Virus record (IMG/VR): IMGVR_UViG_3300030330_000091
Coordinates: 1-35,373 of that record
DNA length: 35,373 nucleotides
Direction: 5' to 3' (one strand)
Source of the DNA: a virus
Lineage: Duplodnaviria; Caudoviricetes
In this document: in pieces, positions 26,547 through 35,208 of the stretch
Position numbering within the stretch: position 1 is the first letter of the stretch
How the letters are laid out: every line of letters begins with the position of its first letter
Program-made: the position numbers and the translations under genes
The notes under the pieces: model-generated
Databases searched by the model: none
Seen by the model: only the letters and a program-made list of their open reading frames with translations
Told to the model about the DNA's origin: nothing

Positions 26547-27254
26547 ATGCTAGAACAAAACATATCAGATATAATAGATAAATCTATTGTTGATCGGAAC
26601 AAAGAGGTCAAGAAAAGAACTTACATTGGTGCTTCTAGTCTCGGTGACTCATGCTCTCGTAAAATACAATATCGTTACATGGGTCAGCCTATTGATGATA
26701 ATCGGGATTTTGATGCCAAAACACTTCGTATATTTCAGTTTGGACACGAGATAGAATTTAGTGTAGCTGGGTGGCTTAGACAAGCTGGATTTGATTTACG
26801 AGTGCAGGACAAAAATGGCGAACAATTTGGTTTTAGCATAGCAGAAGGTGAAGTTAAGGGTCACATAGATGGTGTGATATGTAACGGACCTTTGGATACC
26901 GAATATCCTATGTTATGGGAATGCAAGTCAGCTAACGAAAGAAAATTTAAGGAATTTCAAATTAAGGGTGTGGCAATAGCTAACCCTGTGTATGCAGCAC
27001 AGGTTGCTTTGTATCAAGCTTATATGAAATTAACAGATAATCCTTGTCTGTTTACAGTATTAAACAAAAATACAAGTGAGATATATTATGAGTTTATACC
27101 TTTTAACAAAGCTTTGGCACAAGAGGTAAGTGACAAAGCAGTGATGATATTAGAAGCCACAAAAGCAAATGAGATGTTGCCAAGGATTGCACAGTCTCGT
27201 GATTACTTTGCTTGTAAGTTTTGTGAGTTTCAAGATAGTTGTTGGAGTGTTTAA
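26547..27254 (+). CDS. Cas4-like / PD-(D/E)XK exonuclease
   Basis: ATG 26547; YIGASSLG..C.R, GHIDG, WECKS, Y.AQ...Y and CKFC...C (four-Cys Fe-S pattern). Confidence 0.8.
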   Translation: MLEQNISDIIDKSIVDRNKEVKKRTYIGASSLGDSCSRKIQYRYMGQPIDDNRDFDAKTLRIFQFGHEIEFSVAGWLRQAGFDLRVQDKNGEQFGFSIAEGEVKGHIDGVICNGPLDTEYPMLWECKSANERKFKEFQIKGVAIANPVYAAQVALYQAYMKLTDNPCLFTVLNKNTSEIYYEFIPFNKALAQEVSDKAVMILEATKANEMLPRIAQSRDYFACKFCEFQDSCWSV

Positions 27255-27314
27255 TATGAGGACGAAGGTAGCATCGCCCTCATATACTTCAGCCAATGAA
27301 GTGGGGTCAGTATA
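27254..27314 (+). promoter_or_regulatory. structured leader of primase gene
   Basis: Hairpins ATATGAGG/CCTCATAT (27254-85) and ACTTCA/TGAAGT (27286-302); alternative TATACT/AGTATA pairing. Confidence 0.4.
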
Positions 27315-29489
27315 ATGAACATTATAAAACTTGGCAATAAGAATAGGGATATGTCAGCCAATGAATTAGTCGATATGATTAGTCAGAAAGTCCCAGCCAG
27401 TGTGCAAATCGATGAACTAAAAAATACATTTCCACATGGAATTGTTCGGGGTGATGTGTTTACAATCGGGTCATTAGATGGAGAAGCTGGTAAATCATTA
27501 AAGATAGATATTAATCCCAGATCACCATATTTTATGAAGGGATCAGATTTCAACGGATCACAGGGCATCGGGGGTATTGTTAAGATATTAATGGAAGGAA
27601 GAGGTATGCGCCTTCCTGAAATCAAAGAATTGTTCGGAAACTATCTGGATGATAATACTCCTCCACCAGTTGATCAGGACATACCACAAGAGCTTGGCAT
27701 TACATTTAAAAGAGCTATTGATATTAATACACCATACGACTCCGAACATTTATACCTGTCTGGTGATGGTGAAATCCTGTGTCGTGTTAGAAGATACAAC
27801 ATAAAAGACAATGCTGGTAATCCAGTTATGGATAGTCATGGCAAGCCCAAGAAAGAATTTAGACAATTTACAGATTCACCATATCCAAGAATACCTGATG
27901 TAAGACCATTGTATAACATACCTAACATTGTGGCTTCTGAGAAAGTCATATGGGTTGAAGGAGAGAAATGTGCTGATGCTTTAAATGAGATTGGTTACAC
28001 TGCTACCTGTACTATGGGAGGTGCAGGAATGTTATCTCGTAAATCAGCCAGTCGTTTTGATTTTAGCCCATTACGAGATAAAGAACTAATCATATGGGGA
28101 GACAATGACAATGCAGGTCGTAAGGTAGCTGAACTGGTTCAGGAACTGGCATTGAATGCAGGAGCTAGATCGGTAACTACATTGACTCCTCCCAGAGGTA
28201 AGCCAGAGGGTTGGGATGCAGTTGATGCCATATCGGAGAGCTTTGATGTACAACATTTCTTAAACACAACAGTTAAGCATACTAAACGTAACATTAATTT
28301 ACTGGATGATAGTTTACTGGTTAGCAGATTTGAAGGCAATGCACCCGAACAAAAGTTCTTAGTCGATGGCACGTTTCCGTTGGGTGTACCAATTATATTT
28401 TCTGCAGCAGGAGACGCTGGTAAGGGTATGATGACACTGGATTTAGCAATGAAAGTAGCATCGGGTCAGCCTTTAGCAGAGAGTTTTGGTAGCACTATAG
28501 GTGAATTTGGCAATGTTGTGATCTTTACAGCAGAGGATGATGAGTCAGAAATGCACAGGAGAATTGAGCGTTTAGATCCGAACAATTTGAGATTTTCGTA
28601 CAGGCATGAGCTTCGTGTAGTCTCACTGCCTAACGTGGGAGGTGTCTTTCCAATACTTCAGGACACAAGAGATGGTTATAGCACCAGTGATGAGTTTAAT
28701 AAACTTTACGAACAAATCTTGCAAATGAATGATTTAAAGTTGATTATCTTTGATCCTTTGGCTTCTTTTGTTCATGCAGATGTAAATGCAGATCCAGCAG
28801 CAGGAGCTGCCTTGACTGGTTTACTGGCACAGATCGGGACAGAAACTGGAGCTTCTGTGGTCATGTGTCATCATATGACTAAAGTTAAAGATGATACAAT
28901 CATTAATACTCCTGAACAAGCAAGATTGCTTATTCGTGGCACTTCAGCACTTGTTGATGGTGTTAGATGTGCTTTTGCACTTTGGCAAGTTGATGAAGCT
29001 ACTGGTCGTAGACGTTGTATGGATATAGGCACAGATTATGAAAGAAACAGATGCTTTGATGGAGCAGTTGTAAAAAGTAATGGACCTGCTAACAGAAACA
29101 TTAGACATTTCGTTAGAAATAGTTACTCTGGATTATTAGAAGACAAGACAGAGGAGATCAAACGATTACACTCTGGCACAAACAGAGAGATTAAGAAAGA
29201 TGCTCTGTTTGCTTGGATTGCAACCTGTGAGAGGGAGGGCAGGGCTTTGACACAACAGTCAGGAGCAGATGCAATAGGACAAAGATTAGCATCGGATCAC
29301 GATGCACCACAAGTATTGCAGAATTTAACACAAAGAAGTATTGACGGAATTGTTCGGGAACTTATAAGAGAATCACGAATCGGGAAATACTCATTCACAG
29401 CATCGGGTGGTCGTAAATGGCTTGGGACAACAGATGGAGTTATGTCTCAGGGTGAATACGAAGCCACAACAGCAACGGATAATGTCTAA
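27315..29489 (+). CDS. primase-helicase (Toprim + AAA_25/RepA-like)
   Basis: WVEGEKCADAL, GDNDNAG and GWDAVD Toprim motifs; AAGDAGKG Walker A, IFDP, HHMTK, RGTSALVD. Confidence 0.88.
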   Translation: MNIIKLGNKNRDMSANELVDMISQKVPASVQIDELKNTFPHGIVRGDVFTIGSLDGEAGKSLKIDINPRSPYFMKGSDFNGSQGIGGIVKILMEGRGMRLPEIKELFGNYLDDNTPPPVDQDIPQELGITFKRAIDINTPYDSEHLYLSGDGEILCRVRRYNIKDNAGNPVMDSHGKPKKEFRQFTDSPYPRIPDVRPLYNIPNIVASEKVIWVEGEKCADALNEIGYTATCTMGGAGMLSRKSASRFDFSPLRDKELIIWGDNDNAGRKVAELVQELALNAGARSVTTLTPPRGKPEGWDAVDAISESFDVQHFLNTTVKHTKRNINLLDDSLLVSRFEGNAPEQKFLVDGTFPLGVPIIFSAAGDAGKGMMTLDLAMKVASGQPLAESFGSTIGEFGNVVIFTAEDDESEMHRRIERLDPNNLRFSYRHELRVVSLPNVGGVFPILQDTRDGYSTSDEFNKLYEQILQMNDLKLIIFDPLASFVHADVNADPAAGAALTGLLAQIGTETGASVVMCHHMTKVKDDTIINTPEQARLLIRGTSALVDGVRCAFALWQVDEATGRRRCMDIGTDYERNRCFDGAVVKSNGPANRNIRHFVRNSYSGLLEDKTEEIKRLHSGTNREIKKDALFAWIATCEREGRALTQQSGADAIGQRLASDHDAPQVLQNLTQRSIDGIVRELIRESRIGKYSFTASGGRKWLGTTDGVMSQGEYEATTATDNV

Positions 29490-29691
29490 GAAGGGCAGAT
29501 ATTCTAAACAATCAAGAGACTACAACGCCCTCCGTGCCTACACAAAAAAGATATTAAAACAAAAAACTGTGCCAGATGAGTCCGAACAATTATTCGAAGA
29601 CGATCCCAGAGCTGCCGAAGAAATTGAATATGGTAGGGTCATAAAAAAATCTACATATGTATTTTCAAAAAATATTTTAAGTGATTTATAA
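29482..29691 (+). CDS. hypothetical protein
   Basis: ATG 29482 overlapping the primase end; FEDDPRA motif; 69 aa. Confidence 0.5.
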   Translation: MSKKGRYSKQSRDYNALRAYTKKILKQKTVPDESEQLFEDDPRAAEEIEYGRVIKKSTYVFSKNILSDL

Positions 29692-29710
29692 AAAAAATTT
29701 ATATTTATAC

Positions 29711-29777
29711 TTGACTATCATGTAATGAATACTATATACAACTATTATGAACTATCATAATAGGAGCAAGTAGATGA
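29711..29777 (+). promoter_or_regulatory. promoter/RBS cassette copy 1
   Basis: TTGACTAT...AACTATCAT..ATAGGAGCAAGTAGATGA after an AT-rich tract. Confidence 0.6.
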
Positions 29778-30028
29778 AGTTTAAAATTATATGGAACAAA
29801 AAGGATCAGCCAACTCTTGAGGAAGCTCAAGAGTTTGTTGGTGGTTGGGTTGAGTGTGTACGTTTGAGTAACGGAGATACTTTGCTTATTGATGAAGAGG
29901 GTAAGCTTAAAGGTAAGGAAGTTAATCAAACTGCTACTATGCACTTTGTAGCTAGTTATGGCATGACAGACGTTATTGCAGGAGATGCCATGTTGATTGC
30001 AAAAGGAGCAAATACAAAATGGAAATAA
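29774..30028 (+). CDS. DUF3846-like protein
   Basis: LEEAQEFVGGWVE...IDEEGKL...NQTAT...IAGDA. Confidence 0.75.
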   Translation: MKFKIIWNKKDQPTLEEAQEFVGGWVECVRLSNGDTLLIDEEGKLKGKEVNQTATMHFVASYGMTDVIAGDAMLIAKGANTKWK

Positions 30029-30282
30029 AAAATTACAAATGTAAAAGACCTAAACAAGGTTACAACACAGAAAAAGAAAGACAATTAGCAAAATGGTCTG
30101 ACGTTTCTGATTGGGAAGTGTTTTATCAAGGTAAAAAGATTGGTTGCATTTATTATGTTGGTACACAATTAGTTTCATGGGGTTGGCATTTAGATAAACC
30201 TGATTGTAAAGGGGAAGCTTTTACAAAAAAAGAAGCTTTGTGGGATTTAGCTTTAACTTATGAAAAAGAGAGGGTTAGCTGA
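30019..30282 (+). CDS. hypothetical protein
   Basis: 87 aa, AGGAG RBS, Trp-rich. Confidence 0.6.
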   Translation: MEIKNYKCKRPKQGYNTEKERQLAKWSDVSDWEVFYQGKKIGCIYYVGTQLVSWGWHLDKPDCKGEAFTKKEALWDLALTYEKERVS

Positions 30283-31505
30283 TGGAAGTTAATGATAAGC
30301 CATTGATGGCAAGTGAAATCATTGGTGCTTTGGGTCAGCCTAAGAGAGCCATTGCACATTTTAAAAGTGGATCTATTGCAGAGGGTAAGGCTAGAGAAAC
30401 TCAGTCTATGCTTGTTAATGCACAGAAGTTTAAGGTCTCTAACAAGCTTATAGATCATGCAGGAGAGGCATCTATGTCTAAGCCTCATGTATTGCTTGAG
30501 ATGATTAAAACTGCAATACCACCATTTAAAAATATGTTTATAGAATGGGATGAGCATTATCGTGTTCATCTTTTGAAAAATCTTTATCATAAATATTTGC
30601 CACAGTATGTAGGCAAGATAGAAGAGCCTAAAGATTATTTAGATCGTATCGGTTATCATATATATGAGTATGAACATCCAAGTGGGGATAGTTGGTATAT
30701 GTATGATATGTGGTGCATGATTGATGGTAAGTGGTTTTGTTCTCCATTATCTTCCGTTGTTCGTAACGAAGAAGAATGGAATATGAATATTGCCTTTTCT
30801 AATTACGTTATGAAAGAGCAGGCATCAAGAGAACTTCCTACTGATACTCGAAACTTTATGATGGATTCAGAAGTGTTTATAAAAGAGGTTGCCCATCAAA
30901 GTATTAAGATCATTGGACATCCATATTCTTTGGCACATTTTAATGACAGTGATAAGTTGTTTAGGGCAAAGTCATTAGATCATAATCGTGATGAATATAA
31001 GTTAATGCTCGATATTTATTCTAGGTTTACTACTGTGCAAAGTAGAGCCATGCATTGGCTTATTCCAAAGCAAAAATTCAAGCAAGGTTGGGATAATGAT
31101 GAGATGGCAGAACTTTCTAAAACTCACTTGCAATTAATTCAAGGTGGTGACGTTAGGTTTATCATTAGTGTGCTTTCTATCCTTAATTACGATTTAATCG
31201 TCAAGGAGACACAGAAACCTGCTGATCATAAGGTAAAGCACGTTAGGTTTGGAAGAAGTGTCCCTACGAATGAATATAGCCTTTTAAATATAGAGTTGCC
31301 TAAACCTAGAGGTAAGACTGTTTATGAAAAGATATTTACAGGTCAAGGCACTCCGAAGAAGTGGCATATGAGACGTGGGCATTGGAGACGTTATCGTGAT
31401 AAGCATGGCAATATAACCAAAAGAATTTGGATTGATCAATGTGAAGCAGGTAGCAAAGAGCATGGTCAAAAGATTAAAGATTATAATTTACAAAAAAGTA
31501 GTTGA
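30282..31505 (+). CDS. hypothetical phage protein with C-terminal HxRRGHWR motif
   Basis: 407 aa; PPFKNMFIEW near the N-terminus and WHMRRGHWRRY...RIWI at the C-terminus. Confidence 0.7.
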   Translation: MEVNDKPLMASEIIGALGQPKRAIAHFKSGSIAEGKARETQSMLVNAQKFKVSNKLIDHAGEASMSKPHVLLEMIKTAIPPFKNMFIEWDEHYRVHLLKNLYHKYLPQYVGKIEEPKDYLDRIGYHIYEYEHPSGDSWYMYDMWCMIDGKWFCSPLSSVVRNEEEWNMNIAFSNYVMKEQASRELPTDTRNFMMDSEVFIKEVAHQSIKIIGHPYSLAHFNDSDKLFRAKSLDHNRDEYKLMLDIYSRFTTVQSRAMHWLIPKQKFKQGWDNDEMAELSKTHLQLIQGGDVRFIISVLSILNYDLIVKETQKPADHKVKHVRFGRSVPTNEYSLLNIELPKPRGKTVYEKIFTGQGTPKKWHMRRGHWRRYRDKHGNITKRIWIDQCEAGSKEHGQKIKDYNLQKSS

Positions 31506-31569
31506 CTATGCAATCAATACAATGTAACAATATCAATAACTATCATTTTTTATAGGAGCAAGTAGATGA
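31502..31569 (+). promoter_or_regulatory. promoter/RBS cassette copy 2
   Basis: TTGACTAT...AACTATCAT...ATAGGAGCAAGTAGATGA, same layout as 29711. Confidence 0.6.
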
Positions 31570-31772
31570 CAGTGGTTAAACTTAAGGGTGTTTTTAATGA
31601 ACACAAATCAATAGTTGATAAGATTAAAAATCATATCAACATCGAGATGAAAGAATATAAGGAATATCTTAATTCTGATTATCAAGACAGTTTTCAAGAT
31701 GCTTTATTTGAAGGCAGAAATGAGTATGCCGAAAGTTTACTTAAACAAATAGAAGAATGGGAGAACTCATAA
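31566..31772 (+). CDS. hypothetical protein
   Basis: 68 aa, AGGAG RBS. Confidence 0.6.
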   Translation: MTVVKLKGVFNEHKSIVDKIKNHINIEMKEYKEYLNSDYQDSFQDALFEGRNEYAESLLKQIEEWENS

Positions 31773-31952
31773 ATGACTGCATATAAACACAAGTTGCAAG
31801 GTGTGATGGAAGAGTTTTATTCATACCTTAATATTGATGGCATGACGAATGAGCAAGCTATCGTTAAGATTAAACAATCTCATGGCGAGCATTGGGAAGA
31901 ATATGTTCGTGATGAGATCAAACGTGAGGAGCAAGAATATGGGGGAGTATGA
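31773..31952 (+). CDS. hypothetical protein
   Basis: Not in ORF track; 59 aa MTAYKHKLQGVMEEFYSYL...EQEYGGV; starts immediately after the previous stop. Confidence 0.55.
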   Translation: MTAYKHKLQGVMEEFYSYLNIDGMTNEQAIVKIKQSHGEHWEEYVRDEIKREEQEYGGV

Positions 31953-32064
31953 GTGCATAGATTGTAATGAAATGTATCACTTGGATGAGCCACCTGAAGG
32001 CTATTCAATTTGTTGGGATTGTAGGGAGGAGAGGAAAAATGAGACCATTAGTGAAGAGAATTGA
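31939..32064 (+). CDS. small Zn-ribbon protein
   Basis: ATG 31939 with GAGGAG RBS; 41 aa CIDC...CWDC. Confidence 0.55.
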   Translation: MGEYECIDCNEMYHLDEPPEGYSICWDCREERKNETISEEN

Positions 32065-32455
32065 TATGGCATTGCACATACAAGAGTTGTGTGCAGTTAA
32101 TCATATAACAGTTAGTTATCAATCACTTGATGATGACATTCCAAACTATTATGCTAATCCTAGGAAAAAGCATATTCATATTAGACCAACTAAAAACACA
32201 GGTTATTATGTTTCTGCTTTGCATGAGATTGGACATATACTTGGAGATGATCAAACTTACAATAATACTGTAAAGGAGAGAGAAATTGGTGCATGGATTT
32301 GGGCAATGCTTAATGCAAAAGTTTGGACAGATACGGCAGATCGTGTCATGGCGAGTGCTTTATCGTCTTATGGTGTCACTCTTGAAGAAAGCACGGAGAT
32401 CCAACAAAGATGGAATCCCTGCCACAGAGACGATGAAGAACAAATCGCAGTTTAA
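32039..32455 (+). CDS. HEXXH zinc metallopeptidase (ImmA/IrrE-like)
   Basis: ATG 32039 with GGAG RBS; ALHEIGH followed by EREIGAW (third-ligand Glu). Confidence 0.65.
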   Translation: MRPLVKRIDMALHIQELCAVNHITVSYQSLDDDIPNYYANPRKKHIHIRPTKNTGYYVSALHEIGHILGDDQTYNNTVKEREIGAWIWAMLNAKVWTDTADRVMASALSSYGVTLEESTEIQQRWNPCHRDDEEQIAV

Positions 32456-32567
32456 TAAAATCTTTATGAAAAATCTCATAATGCACATCAACAATGCAAC
32501 TCCCACAAGGGAGTTGTCTTTGTTTGAAAAGGTATATGTAAAGGTCGTTAAGCTATGTCGAAGATGA
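32433..32567 (+). CDS. small hypothetical protein
   Basis: 44 aa bridging its neighbours with overlaps; start uncertain. Confidence 0.35.
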   Translation: MKNKSQFNKIFMKNLIMHINNATPTRELSLFEKVYVKVVKLCRR

Positions 32568-32785
32568 TTGTTTACATATGTGTTATTTGGATCTCAGCCA
32601 CAGAAAATAGTGACGGATTAACTCGTTGTATGTGGCATGAGAGCCAAGTCAAATATCAGAGTATAGAAGATTGTCAAGACGATTTGCAATACTCTATGGA
32701 GCTTCTAAGGATAAGAATACGTCAAGAGTTTGGTGGTGTGCCTGAGAAGATTTTTATTGAACCTAAGTGTACATTGAGGTCATAA
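32555..32785 (+). CDS. small Cys-containing protein with hydrophobic N-terminus
   Basis: 76 aa, four Cys, IVYICVIWI. Confidence 0.55.
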   Translation: MSKMIVYICVIWISATENSDGLTRCMWHESQVKYQSIEDCQDDLQYSMELLRIRIRQEFGGVPEKIFIEPKCTLRS

Positions 32786-34084
32786 ATGATTGATATTAAG
32801 ATCGGGGATTGTAGAGAAAAGCTGAAGGAATTACCGAACAATTTCTTTCATACAGTTATTACTTCACCACCTTACTGGGGTTTACGAGACTATGGTACTG
32901 GCAAATGGATCGGAGGAGATCCAAATTGTTCGCATATTGCTGGTAAATCCCGTAATGATGCTGATCGGGAGTTTGGTACAAAAGAGACACTAACTGTGCA
33001 ATATCGTGACGTTTGCAAGGATTGTGGTGCAGTTAGGGAAGATAATCAGATTGGTATGGAAGCCAGTCCTGAAGAGTATGTCCGTAAAATTGTTCGTACT
33101 TTTCAGGAAGTCAAACGGGTGTTGCGTGATGATGGAACTCTTTGGTTAAACCTAGGGGATAGCTATTCTAGTGGTGGCAGGACATCTACAACTAATCAAA
33201 CTGTTAGAGGAGATAAGGATTACGGGGTCACTAGACCTCCCGTATCGGGCAGTATAAAGCCTAAAGACCTTGTAGGGATACCTTGGAGGGTGGCACTGGC
33301 ACTTCAGGAGGATGGATGGTATCTCAGGCAGGATATTATATGGCACAAACCTAATCCTATGCCTGAAAGTGTGAAGGATAGATGCACGAAGGCACATGAG
33401 TATATATTCTTGTTATCCAAGTCAGAGCAATACTTTTTTGATAGTCATGCAATAAAAGAAGATGCAACTGGTTTTGATGGTCGTAAACAAACTAAACATT
33501 TAGGAAGTAAAAAGTATGATCCTGATACGTTTCCTGCACATCAGGGACACGAAAAATGGAACTATGATGAAAGTGGTAATCCAATAAGAAACAAAAGAAG
33601 TGTGTGGACTGTACCAGTTAAGCCCTACAATGAAGCCCATTTTGCAGTATTTCCAACTACTTTAATAGAACCAGCGATTCTTGCTGGTTGCCCTCCGAAG
33701 ATTTGTTCGGAGTGTGGGACTCCATATGAACGGGACATGGTTACAGTCGAAGTGCCTGAACGGGAAACTAGGGACAATATGGTCGGTGTTATACCAAAAA
33801 GAGATAAAACCAGCCGTATGAATAGCAAAGATATGAAGTCACTGGTACAGGAAGACAGGGGGTTTACAAAGAATTGTTCGTGTTCAGGAAGCCAGATATC
33901 TGCTGGTCGGGTACTTGATCCATTCGGTGGGTCAGGTACGACTGCACTGGTAGCTGATCGACATGGCAGAGATGCTACCATTATCGAACTTAATCAGAAG
34001 TATGTGGATATAGCTGAAAACAGGCTAGGTTCAGATGCACCTTTATTTACAGAACTTAGGAGGGAGGTTGTAAATGAAAGCTAA
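32786..34084 (+). CDS. DNA methyltransferase (N4-C/N6-A, beta class)
   Basis: IGDC, TSPPYWGLRDY, IWHKPNPMPES, HFAVFP, VLDPFGGSGTT; two Cys-rich inserts. Confidence 0.93.
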   Translation: MIDIKIGDCREKLKELPNNFFHTVITSPPYWGLRDYGTGKWIGGDPNCSHIAGKSRNDADREFGTKETLTVQYRDVCKDCGAVREDNQIGMEASPEEYVRKIVRTFQEVKRVLRDDGTLWLNLGDSYSSGGRTSTTNQTVRGDKDYGVTRPPVSGSIKPKDLVGIPWRVALALQEDGWYLRQDIIWHKPNPMPESVKDRCTKAHEYIFLLSKSEQYFFDSHAIKEDATGFDGRKQTKHLGSKKYDPDTFPAHQGHEKWNYDESGNPIRNKRSVWTVPVKPYNEAHFAVFPTTLIEPAILAGCPPKICSECGTPYERDMVTVEVPERETRDNMVGVIPKRDKTSRMNSKDMKSLVQEDRGFTKNCSCSGSQISAGRVLDPFGGSGTTALVADRHGRDATIIELNQKYVDIAENRLGSDAPLFTELRREVVNES

Positions 34085-34415
34085 AGCAAAGACCTGTTGC
34101 AACTGCAACGAAGAAATTGTTCGGGGTATGGCATTCCCGTTAATGGAAAAAAGCATATGTATGAGTTGCTTTGTTCACTTTGGACTGGCACAAAAAATGG
34201 ACATTAGTATGCTACATTATCAAAATTGTTCGGAGGAACACTGTTTTGACTGTGAATATGCCTTCATAAAAGCACTATGGGCATTGGACTATAAACAGAC
34301 ACAAATGGGCAACTGGTACAGGAGGACTCCAGACCCGAAAATTGTTCGGATTTATGATGATTTACTTACCAACATACCAACTTACTCGGTAAGTAGATTA
34401 GAGGGTAAGTTGTAA
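34074..34415 (+). CDS. Cys-rich hypothetical protein
   Basis: 113 aa, GGAGG RBS; CCNC, CMSC, C...CFDC. Confidence 0.55.
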   Translation: MKAKAKTCCNCNEEIVRGMAFPLMEKSICMSCFVHFGLAQKMDISMLHYQNCSEEHCFDCEYAFIKALWALDYKQTQMGNWYRRTPDPKIVRIYDDLLTNIPTYSVSRLEGKL

Positions 34416-34585
34416 GTTGTTGATTTTACTAGATAAAATTATGTTACTTACATTGGTTACCAAAGGGCTTGGTAAGTATTTTATGCCCTGTAAGTCATTG
34501 ATTTTATTGAAACTTACCAACTTACCGAACTTCCCCCCCTATAGGGGGTATAGGGGGAGGGTAAGTAACCACCACCCCCTATCCC
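34364..34585. repeat. iteron/palindrome-rich region, putative origin or packaging-related site
   Basis: 11 ACTTAC/GTAAGT hexamers; 20-nt direct repeat at 34411 and 34489; palindrome CCCCCTATAGGGGG at 34535-48. Confidence 0.7.
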
Positions 34586-34615
34586 AAATAACGTAACGAC
34601 AAGGAGTAAAAGCTG

Positions 34616-35128
34616 ATGCCAAAAGTAGGCGAAAATTTACCACAAGAACAAAGATCAAAAGGGCTTAAAAGATTAACCCAGAAACAACAAGCTTTTCTGG
34701 ATAACTTCATGCACAAGGATATGACACAGACTAACGCAGCTCGACAAGCTGGTTACAGTAATCCGTCAGTAGATGCAGTTAGGTTGCTCCGTAACGAAGT
34801 CGTGCAAGAACGATTTCAAGAGATGCAGGAGGAAAACAGAAGTCGGTTTGGTGTAACGATAGACAAGTCTGTAAGGGACTTGCTGAAGATCCGTAACGAG
34901 GCTTGGGAATCGGGAAAGTTTGGTGAAGCTATTCGGGCTGAAGAACTCCGTTTAAAGGCTACTGGATTGCTCGTAAACAAGGCTCATGTACTACATGAGA
35001 AAGTCGATAGCATGACGAAGGAAGAAATACTGGCTGAACTCCAGAATCTGCAACAAAAAGCACAGGATCGTATGAAAAAAGCCAACGTCACCCATATACA
35101 CCCAAAGAAGATAGGCAAAAATAGTTAA
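34616..35128 (+). CDS. terS: terminase small subunit
   Basis: AAGGAG RBS; LTQKQQAF...TQTNAARQAGYS HTH followed by helical region and ATGL. Confidence 0.8.
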   Translation: MPKVGENLPQEQRSKGLKRLTQKQQAFLDNFMHKDMTQTNAARQAGYSNPSVDAVRLLRNEVVQERFQEMQEENRSRFGVTIDKSVRDLLKIRNEAWESGKFGEAIRAEELRLKATGLLVNKAHVLHEKVDSMTKEEILAELQNLQQKAQDRMKKANVTHIHPKKIGKNS

Positions 35129-35208
35129 ATATGGGTATAATTGGGAATGCACTTGCCGTGGTCTGGCACAGGGACACCGAACAATTTCTATGAACGGGAC
35201 TGGACAGC

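Noticed and set aside
26547-27254. Cas4-like gene as evidence of a CRISPR-Cas system
   Set aside because: No repeat-spacer array or other cas genes; solo Cas4-like nucleases are normal in phage replication modules
972-33981. Minus-strand ORFs in the track (for example 1776-2192, 14136-14603, 24873-25688, 33625-33981)
   Set aside because: They are antisense shadows of well-supported + strand genes with no recognisable motifs; only 21016-21228 was kept
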